DNA of 64,000 bases, from positions 13,080 to 77,079 of the forward strand of contig CAYSZD010000003.1 of assembly GCA_964435515.1 (NCBI GenBank). Reading direction: 5' to 3'. Origin of the DNA: an uncultured Gammaproteobacteria bacterium. Its GTDB lineage: Bacteria; Patescibacteriota; Patescibacteriia; Patescibacteriales; UBA12465. Below, one piece after another: positions 8,378-16,283 of the stretch. The stretch's first letter is position 1. Every line of letters begins with the position of its first letter. A model generated the notes under the pieces. The model made no database searches, was not told the DNA's origin, and was given only the letters and a program-made list of their open reading frames with translations. Both the position numbers and the translations under genes were made by a program.

Positions 8378-8406
8378 AAAAAAATTCGGTATATACCGAA
8401 TTTTTT
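8378..8406. terminator. bidirectional terminator between convergent genes
   Basis: Perfect palindrome AATTCGGTAT/ATACCGAATT flanked by an A7 run and a T6 run. Confidence 0.75.
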
Positions 8407-8419
8407 GATACTAAATTAA

Positions 8420-9379
8420 TTATTGTAGCTTCCTGTTTTCATGAACCCTACGATGAACGTCGCTTAGTTGTTTGTTGGTTACATGAGTATATATCTGAGT
8501 GGTAGCAATATTACTATGACCCAAAAACTCCTGCACTGTGCGTAAATCTACTCCTTCGTTAAGAAGGTCAGTGGCAAATGAATGCCTTAAGGTATGAGGG
8601 GTTGCCATAACTGGTAATCCTGTAATTTTAACATATTTTTTAACTATATTCTCAATACTTTTTACTGTTAATCTTCTTGATTCAGTGGACTTAGTACTAC
8701 CTGGTTTATAGTTAATGAATAAAGCTGGGTCAAAATCTTTACGAACTTCTAAATAGGCCTTTAAAGCCTTTATCGCCCTAGAAGAGAAGTAGACTGTCCT
8801 AATTTTAGAGCCTTTACCAACTACGGCTATCTCTAATGAATCTTGACCTTCTTTAATGCGTAATTGCTCTAAATTTAAAGCCACTAATTCAGCCACACGT
8901 AAGCCAGTAGAAAAGAGAGTTTCTAACAAAGCTCTATCTCTCAAACCTATGGCAGTAGAACTGTCAGGAGCAGAAAGAAGGGCAGACAACTGATCTAATT
9001 TTAAAAACTTAATTTCCTTATCACCCCTATCTTTAGCCAACTTTACTTTTGATGGTGGCAGGGAAGAAATATCCTTTTCAACAAAGAATTCTAGAAGTGA
9101 GCGAAGAGCAATTAAATAATAGTTTTGCGTACTTTTTTTTAAAGCCTTCTTAGTTCTAGTATCTATATGTCTTGACAAAAACACCTTATAATGCCATATA
9201 TGATCAACGCTTAATTCAGCTGGTTTTAGGTCACTTAAAGCATTATCCTGAAGCCAATTAAAAAATTTACGCAAAAAACGTGTATAGTTTTCCTGAGTTT
9301 TGCTAGATAATCCTTTTTCTATTTCTGAATAATCTAAAAAATCAATTAAATATTTGCTAATAGCTTTTTGTTCCTTCAT
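8420..9379 (-). CDS. xerC: tyrosine recombinase, XerC/XerD family
   Basis: C-terminal catalytic region HTLRHSFATDLLNEGVDLRTVQEFLGHSNIATTQIYTHV. Also an N-terminal SAM-like core-binding domain and RDRALLETLFSTGLRVAEL. Confidence 0.9.
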   Translation of the reverse strand: MKEQKAISKYLIDFLDYSEIEKGLSSKTQENYTRFLRKFFNWLQDNALSDLKPAELSVDHIWHYKVFLSRHIDTRTKKALKKSTQNYYLIALRSLLEFFVEKDISSLPPSKVKLAKDRGDKEIKFLKLDQLSALLSAPDSSTAIGLRDRALLETLFSTGLRVAELVALNLEQLRIKEGQDSLEIAVVGKGSKIRTVYFSSRAIKALKAYLEVRKDFDPALFINYKPGSTKSTESRRLTVKSIENIVKKYVKITGLPVMATPHTLRHSFATDLLNEGVDLRTVQEFLGHSNIATTQIYTHVTNKQLSDVHRRVHENRKLQ

Positions 9380-9387
9380 ATAGCTAT

Positions 9388-9396
9388 ATTATAGCA
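9388..9396 (-). promoter_or_regulatory. extended -10 box TGCTATAAT 8 nt upstream of the xer start codon
   Basis: The minus strand reads TGCTATAAT-ATAGCTAT-ATG. No SD is present. Confidence 0.55.
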
Positions 9397-9649
9397 CAAA
9401 TTAAGAGGGAAGCTCTAAAAAGGGCTTTTAAGCGACTAAAATTTAAAAGACTAGTTGATAGATATGACCTGAAAGTATTTAAATTTTAATAGTAAAAAAT
9501 TATTTTTAAAAAAATAAAATAATCTTTAGTTAAATAAGAATAAAAATAAGATATAATAACTTAATCAATAAATTATTAATAAAAGATCAGGGAAGTAGTT
9601 ATATATAAAGAAAAAGCAGTGAATATCACTACTTTAACTATATAACAAT

Positions 9650-9677
9650 ACTTCGCATAATGTATATTAATAGAAGT
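9650..9677. other. dif: dif-like Xer recombination site (ACTTCGCATAA-TGTATA-TTAATAGAAGT)
   Basis: 11-6-11 architecture. Outer pentamers ACTTC/GAAGT are perfectly inverted. CGCATAATGTATATTA matches the E. coli dif core as recalled. It lies about 270 bp upstream of xer, at the +/- gene-orientation switch. Confidence 0.7.
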
Positions 9678-9706
9678 TATATCACTATGAGTCCATTAAC
9701 AGTGTC

Positions 9707-9847
9707 TTAGTATATCACCAGGCCTAATATATATAACTGCGGATAAAACATTAGTAATATCTTTAAAACAAGTAAGAATACACCTATGCTAATTAAAGAA
9801 AATAAAAACACCGCTAAAGAAAATAAAAGCTTAAATGTTTTTTCCAT
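9707..9847 (-). CDS. possible small hydrophobic membrane protein (46 aa), below the ORF-track cutoff
   Basis: ATG lies 18 nt after the ftsQ stop. Sequence MEKTFKLLFSLAVFLFSLISIGVFLLVLKILLMFYPQLYILGLVIY. AT-rich DNA makes chance F/L/I-rich ORFs likely. Confidence 0.25.
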   Translation of the reverse strand: MEKTFKLLFSLAVFLFSLISIGVFLLVLKILLMFYPQLYILGLVIY

Positions 9848-9864
9848 ATAATTATAAGTTTAAA

Positions 9865-10749
9865 TTATTTAAAATATATTAAATCGCCAAAACGTAAATC
9901 AATATACTGAAGAGATAAAAATTGCTCCTCTTCTTGCTCTTGCTGAATTATTAATAATTTATTAATTTGCTTTAACATATCCTCCTTAATGTTAAATATA
10001 ATATTGGGTCCTTTGTTTAAATCTACCACCAAACTATTTAATTCTGAACTAACAATAAATTTATCTACTAAAAGTGATGGATAGGATACTAATTCTCGAT
10101 TTAAATTAAATAAAGCCGTAAAATATTCTTCATCTAAATCCAAACAGCCATCATCTTTTAAATAATCTAAATCTGACTCACTTTCTAAAATAGCTAGATT
10201 AGCTTGTGTGTCAGGTGTCACTAGTGCGTCAGTAATTAAACAACCAATTGCATCACTAAAAGACCGCATATCATCATCTTGCCAAATAAAAGCAATTGGT
10301 CGTTCTCTAAGATTAATTTCTAAGCTATGAAAAAATTTTTTATCAACACTAGCATTAGCCAATTTAAAATCTTTTTGAATATCACTAGCCAAATCTTTTG
10401 TGTTTATAAACAATAAATTATCTTGAGACAAAAATATTAGTCTATTAACATCTTGCTTTTCTTGAATATAATTTTGTACATCGACACTATTAAGTCTCTC
10501 TAAACCATTAATAGTAATATTATTAATTTTAAAAATATTAGAAAAAAATATAATATAAATAGTAGCGACAAAAAATATAAAAAATATACTAATATAAAAA
10601 TACTTTTTTTTATTTTTTTTATCTCCCTTATTCTTATTTCTTGATCTAAAAAAGGGATTATTTAAAGACTTACTTTGATAGTCTTTTTTAATCTTTTTAC
10701 TCAACTTCCCTCTTTTTATGATTTTGTGAGACCCCTTCCCCTTTAACAT
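9865..10749 (-). CDS. ftsQ: cell division protein FtsQ-like (POTRA domain)
   Basis: Lys-rich N-terminus, a single TM segment (YFYISIFFIFFVATIYIIFF), then a POTRA-like segment INNITINGLERLNSVDVQNYI. Confidence 0.6.
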   Translation of the reverse strand: MLKGKGSHKIIKRGKLSKKIKKDYQSKSLNNPFFRSRNKNKGDKKNKKKYFYISIFFIFFVATIYIIFFSNIFKINNITINGLERLNSVDVQNYIQEKQDVNRLIFLSQDNLLFINTKDLASDIQKDFKLANASVDKKFFHSLEINLRERPIAFIWQDDDMRSFSDAIGCLITDALVTPDTQANLAILESESDLDYLKDDGCLDLDEEYFTALFNLNRELVSYPSLLVDKFIVSSELNSLVVDLNKGPNIIFNIKEDMLKQINKLLIIQQEQEEEQFLSLQYIDLRFGDLIYFK

Positions 10750-10757
10750 AAATTATA

Positions 10758-11903
10758 TTATTTGTCAATAATTATTCTTCTAATATTAGCCTGTAATTTA
10801 ACCAATAACTCATAAGGAATTGTTTTTTCTATTACAGACAAATTTCTAATTGAATTCACATCTCCATTATTAGCCGATATAATTTGCAACTCTTCCCCAA
10901 TAGCAACATGTTCATCGTTATCTAAAACTAAACAAGTAAGATTCATGCAAATATTACCAGCCACTCTTAAATAATTATTTCTTAATTTAAAGCTAGCCCT
11001 ATTAGATAAACGACGATCTAGGCCTTCGTAATAGCCAAAAGGAATTATAACTACTCTTAAATCAGTAGGGGCTATAAATTCTTTATTATACGATATACTT
11101 TCACCGGCTCTAATATTTTGTATCGATACTACAGAGCTAAAGAGCTCTAAAGCCGGCTGCAGCGTATTAGCCTTGGCAAAAGCCCCATTGCTTACTTCAA
11201 AGGGATTGTAGCCATAGAAAGCCAAACCAGGGCGACAGGCAGTTAAACGAGGATGATGTACTGAAAATAATCCAGCACTATTAGCTAAATGAACAAATTT
11301 TAAAGTCTTAAATTCCCTTTCCGCTATATCTAAGTTTTGTAAAAAATTTTCTAATTGAAAAGAGTTCATTTGACCATCACCCTCAGCAAAAGATAGATGA
11401 GAGCAAAAACCACTAACATTCACTTGCGACAATAGCTTTCTATTTTCATCTATAAAAGAAGTTAAATCTTTAATTCCCTCTCTATTCATGCCAGTGTTAA
11501 TAAACAAATGTATACTTGCTCCTTTTCTTAAATCAACTATTTTTTCTAATGTGCGCTTATTATAAATACAGACCTCAGTTCTATTCCAATTTAAATACTG
11601 ATAGGCATCAAGAGGCATTTCACCGATAATTAAGACTTTCCTCTTAAAATAACGATAGACTATTTGAGCCTCTGGGAAAGAATCGACTGCCACCATGTTT
11701 ATATTAGTTTCATTTAAAATTGTACAGATTTCCCTCAAACCATGACCATAGGCATTAGCTTTTAAAACTGGAAAAAGCTCAGCATGAGGCTGTTCTGCTT
11801 GCAGTATTTGTAGATTATGAAAAATAGCCCTCTTATTTATTTCAATTCTATTTAAAGTATTATAACTCGGCTTAATCAATTGTTTTAATTTATTAATAAT
11901 CAT
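10758..11903 (-). CDS. alr: alanine racemase
   Basis: PLP-lysine motif VLKANAYGHGL. Length and overall pattern are typical of Alr. Confidence 0.85.
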   Translation of the reverse strand: MIINKLKQLIKPSYNTLNRIEINKRAIFHNLQILQAEQPHAELFPVLKANAYGHGLREICTILNETNINMVAVDSFPEAQIVYRYFKRKVLIIGEMPLDAYQYLNWNRTEVCIYNKRTLEKIVDLRKGASIHLFINTGMNREGIKDLTSFIDENRKLLSQVNVSGFCSHLSFAEGDGQMNSFQLENFLQNLDIAEREFKTLKFVHLANSAGLFSVHHPRLTACRPGLAFYGYNPFEVSNGAFAKANTLQPALELFSSVVSIQNIRAGESISYNKEFIAPTDLRVVIIPFGYYEGLDRRLSNRASFKLRNNYLRVAGNICMNLTCLVLDNDEHVAIGEELQIISANNGDVNSIRNLSVIEKTIPYELLVKLQANIRRIIIDK

Positions 11904-11907
11904 GTTA

Positions 11908-12981
11908 TTAATTTTCTATAACTACGCCTTCGCCACGATTAATATTATCAGCCGGTAAAAATGAATCTAGATTAGCTAAACTATTGCTTATTTCAACATC
12001 TGCCCAACTATCATATACGTGATAACGGATATTACTCAGCATTGGAGCGTTTTTACCAATCTGTGCTTCTGTTGGAATAAGTCTAAGGGCAAAATTGGCA
12101 GAATAATTACCACCACTAGCATCTAAACTATCTACTTGCCAAATCAATAAACGTCGTTCTTGATTATATGAAAACTTACCTGCTAATAAGCTATATTCCT
12201 CAGCCAACTCTACTCCTGGCTCTAATTGGGCACTAAAAACTAAATTTTGCAGCTGGTTACCAGAATTTTCAGCATTTACTATTAACCAATATTTAGTAGG
12301 TATTCCAACAATAGGCGGGATAGGTCCGATACCCAATTGATCACCCTGTAAGCTGTGATAGAATAAATTCGCTGATATATTTAAATTACTAATAATTTTT
12401 ATATCTTCCAAGTTAAAAACTTTTTCTATTTGACTGTTATCGTTAGCTATTGCAACAGCTTTAATAGAACTTTGAATATTTCTGGGAAAATTTAATTGTA
12501 CTGTCCTCCATTCTACATTAATTTCAAAATCTTTTTGCTCTCCTGCTTTAATATTTTTAATTACAATTTGACTATCATTAATCTCTATATCTTCATTATC
12601 AGACTCAAGAGCTCTTAAATCAAAAGCAGCGCTAATAAAAGAAAATTCTAGCTTTAATTCATCTATATCTTTTTCTCCGCTATTTTTATATTCTATCAAA
12701 TAAGTTATTGCCTCTTCTTCTTCGACCTTATCTGTATTAGTCGTAGTAATTAAATCAAAATTTAATGTTTTTTGTTTATCAACAGGACTAGTAGTTGGTG
12801 AAGAAATAGGCCATTTAATCATTGATATGAGAGTAGGATTATAGACAGCCATTCTAATACTTACACCGGCTAATACTAATAAGATTAGCATTAATGAAAA
12901 ATCTAAAACTAAATGCCACTTCTGCCTACGGTAAAAACGTTTTCTTCTATTGTGCCAAAAATTTAAAAACTTTTTACTCAT
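11908..12981 (-). CDS. TM-anchored beta-rich surface protein; paralogue of the C-terminal part of ORF 48687-50717
   Basis: N-terminal basic segment plus TM (HLVLDFSLMLILLVLAGVSI). The C-terminal region GIGPIPPIVGIPTKYW...LLIWQVDSL...ANFALRLIPTE aligns with GSGPLPPRVGEKTSVRVMW...IVTWRLGYL...AEFSISLTPKE. Confidence 0.6.
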   Translation of the reverse strand: MSKKFLNFWHNRRKRFYRRQKWHLVLDFSLMLILLVLAGVSIRMAVYNPTLISMIKWPISSPTTSPVDKQKTLNFDLITTTNTDKVEEEEAITYLIEYKNSGEKDIDELKLEFSFISAAFDLRALESDNEDIEINDSQIVIKNIKAGEQKDFEINVEWRTVQLNFPRNIQSSIKAVAIANDNSQIEKVFNLEDIKIISNLNISANLFYHSLQGDQLGIGPIPPIVGIPTKYWLIVNAENSGNQLQNLVFSAQLEPGVELAEEYSLLAGKFSYNQERRLLIWQVDSLDASGGNYSANFALRLIPTEAQIGKNAPMLSNIRYHVYDSWADVEISNSLANLDSFLPADNINRGEGVVIEN

Positions 12982-12996
12982 AAAAATATGTTAATT

Positions 12997-15003
12997 TTAA
13001 AAGCCAGAAATACCAACAGATATTTCAGGCTGACCAGAAATAGTAGAATAACCAACAGAAATTATATTTTGAAAATCTTTTGTAAATGAAAAGAAACTTT
13101 TTTTCTCATTGCCAACTTCATCAAATATCTTTATCAATGATCCTCCACCAGGACCATCACCAGTAATTATCTCCGCCTTACCGTCACCATCTAAATCGCC
13201 AGCAGTAACCTTTACTCCTCCTCTAAAATTTTTATCATAAGCGAAAAAATGATTAATAAATTCACCCCTCTCATTGAAATAACGAACATGAGGACCGCCA
13301 CCATAACCAGCGCCAGTAATTATTTCCGCCTTACCATCACCGTTAACATCAGCTGCGCTCATATTAACTCCACCCCTAAAATTCTTATCATAAGCGAAAA
13401 AATTTAATAATGAACGACCGTTAGAATCAAAGACTCTCACCTGAGGACCGCCACCAGAACCAGCACCAACTATAATTTCTGGAAAAGAATCACCATTTAT
13501 ATCAGCTATCGCTAAAGAAGCTGAGCCTTTAAAGCCTGGAGCAAATGGTCTTATGGTCCACATATTTTGACCATCTCTTTGTCGAGTTAGTAATCCTTTG
13601 TCTAAATATATATAATCAATTTTACTATTATCAAAAAATTTACCCAATATAACATCACTACCAGCCGGTATAGAAGTAATATAAGAGAAAAAACCATTAC
13701 GAGCCTGTTCGCCTTCTGAATCAAAAACTCTTAAAAATGAACCATTAACAAAACTACTTCCCTGCCAAGCATTCAACTTTTTAAGCAATACGATTCCGTC
13801 TTGAGCATCTAAATTTAAATAATTTATTTTTAAACCATTATTAATTTTTGGATCCTGATTACCTTTAATTTTTTCAAATTCTTCTTTGCTAAAAACAAAA
13901 TTTTGCTTTTTATCAGTTGAGTTTAAAATAACCAAACCATTCTCAAAATCACGTCGCCATAATCCAGGCTCAATCTTTGTACTTCCATTTTTTAAAATAT
14001 TATAAGGCTTTGATTGAGCTAAACCTAAATTTACATCATATTCATCATACCACCATAATTGAGCGTGATTAGTAATATCATAATCAAAACTATAATATCC
14101 ATCGCCTAACAATGTACTGCTTAAACCAAAACGGAAAAGACGATAATCATTTTCATTTTTTTTATTAATATTAATAACAGATACATTAGGCTCTTTGTTT
14201 AAACTAGGTAATTTTAAATAAGATTCCATAGAACCTTGCCACGTTCCTCCATTTTCCCAGCTAGAAGGAAAACTTTCTAGCATCATACCATTCAGTAATC
14301 CTTGATAGGGCCAATGTATGCGTCCATTACCTATTACTATAAACTCTGAACCACACAATTCTCTAGTCAAACGTAACATTTTTTCAAAACCCTCAGCCCA
14401 AATAGTATCAGCGTGCTTAGAATCATCTTTAATACCGTCTCTATTTAAATCAATATTACTATTATTAACCCAAGCTACATCACCCCAGGTATTATCATAG
14501 AAAACCCCGTCCCAGAGACCAGAACTAAAAATTTTATCTTTAATAAAACGAGGCAGGAATTCATTAAATAATAAATTATCTTTATTCCTGCCCGATTCAT
14601 TACTTAAATTAAACATTGAGGTAAAAGGCCAATTAACCACTGCCTTACCATTTTGATCTTTTAGGCGCCAATCCTCAATAATTTGCTCAGATAATTCTTG
14701 ACGTAAAAAAGCATTATTATAATAATCAGCTTCATTAATAATTTCTTGAGCGGTAATATAAGCTAAAATCTTTACCTTAGGATTAATCGTTCTTATTTTC
14801 CTTATTAACTCTGGGTTATTTATTTGATTTTCCATGTCTAAAATAACAAGATCCCAACGCGCTAAAGAAATAGCCTCAGCTTCAGTTAAATCCCATTTAA
14901 GAAAATAATTAGCTAAACGAGGATAATCAGATTGAGTTGAAGCTGACACTGAAAACGGTAGAACAAAAGATATAAGAATAATTAATGAGACAAAATATTT
15001 CAT
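12997..15003 (-). CDS. secreted protein: N-terminal putative glycoside-hydrolase-like domain plus C-terminal FG-GAP/VCBS repeats
   Basis: Signal peptide present. Three repeats: DINGDSFPEIIVGAGSGGGPQVRVFD, DVNGDGKAEIITGAGYGGGPHVRYF and DLDGDGKAEIITGDGPGGGSLIKIFD. The N-terminal assignment is tentative. Confidence 0.65.
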   Translation of the reverse strand: MKYFVSLIILISFVLPFSVSASTQSDYPRLANYFLKWDLTEAEAISLARWDLVILDMENQINNPELIRKIRTINPKVKILAYITAQEIINEADYYNNAFLRQELSEQIIEDWRLKDQNGKAVVNWPFTSMFNLSNESGRNKDNLLFNEFLPRFIKDKIFSSGLWDGVFYDNTWGDVAWVNNSNIDLNRDGIKDDSKHADTIWAEGFEKMLRLTRELCGSEFIVIGNGRIHWPYQGLLNGMMLESFPSSWENGGTWQGSMESYLKLPSLNKEPNVSVININKKNENDYRLFRFGLSSTLLGDGYYSFDYDITNHAQLWWYDEYDVNLGLAQSKPYNILKNGSTKIEPGLWRRDFENGLVILNSTDKKQNFVFSKEEFEKIKGNQDPKINNGLKINYLNLDAQDGIVLLKKLNAWQGSSFVNGSFLRVFDSEGEQARNGFFSYITSIPAGSDVILGKFFDNSKIDYIYLDKGLLTRQRDGQNMWTIRPFAPGFKGSASLAIADINGDSFPEIIVGAGSGGGPQVRVFDSNGRSLLNFFAYDKNFRGGVNMSAADVNGDGKAEIITGAGYGGGPHVRYFNERGEFINHFFAYDKNFRGGVKVTAGDLDGDGKAEIITGDGPGGGSLIKIFDEVGNEKKSFFSFTKDFQNIISVGYSTISGQPEISVGISGF

Positions 15004-15008
15004 GCTAC

Positions 15009-16271
15009 TTAAAATTTATTATTATCAGGAAAAATATATTGAGGATTGCCTGGTAAATATTGACGCAATACTTCTGGTATCAAAACAGAGCCATCTGCTT
15101 GTTGGTTTTGTTCTAAGATAGCTGGTAGTAAACGACTAGTAGCTAACCCGGATCCATTTAAAGTATGAACAAATAAATTTTCACCCTGTCCATTTTTAAA
15201 ACGAATCTGTCCTCTTCTAGCTTGATAATCTAAAGCATTAGAAACACTACTTACTTCCTTGTATATATTCATACTTGGTAACCAAACTTCTAAATCAAAA
15301 GTTTTAGCCATAGCCGCACTACAATCTTCAGCAGCTAATTTTGATACCTGATGATGCAAGCCTAAGCCTTCTAACAATTCTTTAGCATGAAGTAATAATT
15401 CATCAAACATTTGCCATGAATCATTTGGCTGACAAAGGATAAACATTTCAATTTTATTGAATTGATGCCCTCTAATCATTCCCCGCTCTTCTTGACGATA
15501 GCTACCAGCCTCTCGACGAAAACAAGGTGAATAAGCAAAATATTTTAAAGGTAATTGTTCTGTTGGTACAATTTCACCACGATGATAATTACCAAGCATC
15601 ATCTCGCTAGTAGCATTAAGACATAATTTATCTTGAGTCCAAAAAAGATCATCTCTGAATTTAGGCAAATGACCAGAGGTATAAGCTGATTCTTCGGATA
15701 ATAAAAATGGAGGGATCAAAAAGCTATATCCTTTTTGTTGATGGTAATTAATAAAATAAGACAACAAAGCCCATTCGAGTAAAGCGCCCCAAGAGCGATA
15801 ACACCAAAAACCTGAACCAGCAATCTTAGTAGCCCTTTCATAATCAATCATGCCTAAATTTTGAGCCAATTCTACATGATCTTTAAAAGAAAAACTAAAT
15901 TCTGGTTTATTACCAAAAGTAGAAACTACTTCATTATTTTCCTTTCCTCCTGCAATTACATCATCAGCAGGCATATTTGGCAAAGCAGATAATTCCTCTT
16001 TTATATTTAACTCAATAGCTTTCAGCTCCTCATCAAAACTTTTTATTTTTTCACCAATAGTCTTCATCTTAGCAATTGTTTTTGCATCTGGCTTTACCTT
16101 GGAAGCTTGATTACGCTCAGCTTTTAGGACTTCAACATTTGCAATTAACTCTTTTCTCTTATCATCTAAAGAAATAATATGAGCCAAATCAAAACTACCG
16201 GGCTTCATTCTTTTGAGTAATGCCTTTTCAACAATCAATGTTTTTTCTCGAATCAATTTAAGATCTAACAT
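15009..16271 (-). CDS. serS: seryl-tRNA synthetase
   Basis: N-terminal MLDLKLIRE coiled-coil arm and a class II core (FRREAGS, GSGLATSR). Confidence 0.93.
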   Translation of the reverse strand: MLDLKLIREKTLIVEKALLKRMKPGSFDLAHIISLDDKRKELIANVEVLKAERNQASKVKPDAKTIAKMKTIGEKIKSFDEELKAIELNIKEELSALPNMPADDVIAGGKENNEVVSTFGNKPEFSFSFKDHVELAQNLGMIDYERATKIAGSGFWCYRSWGALLEWALLSYFINYHQQKGYSFLIPPFLLSEESAYTSGHLPKFRDDLFWTQDKLCLNATSEMMLGNYHRGEIVPTEQLPLKYFAYSPCFRREAGSYRQEERGMIRGHQFNKIEMFILCQPNDSWQMFDELLLHAKELLEGLGLHHQVSKLAAEDCSAAMAKTFDLEVWLPSMNIYKEVSSVSNALDYQARRGQIRFKNGQGENLFVHTLNGSGLATSRLLPAILEQNQQADGSVLIPEVLRQYLPGNPQYIFPDNNKF

Positions 16272-16283
16272 ATATATAAAATT

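Noticed and set aside
8420-9379. The tyrosine recombinase as a phage or ICE integrase marking a mobile element.
   Set aside because: The catalytic C-terminus is XerC/D-like. No phage, transposase or att-flanked cargo genes are nearby. A dif-like site and a replication-type strand switch lie next to it.
10560-10625. Long A/T homopolymer tracts at the 5' end of ftsQ as phase-variation slippage sites.
   Set aside because: They encode the Lys-rich cytoplasmic N-terminus (KKNKKK...). Similar runs are ubiquitous in this AT-rich genome, and there is no evidence of frame disruption.
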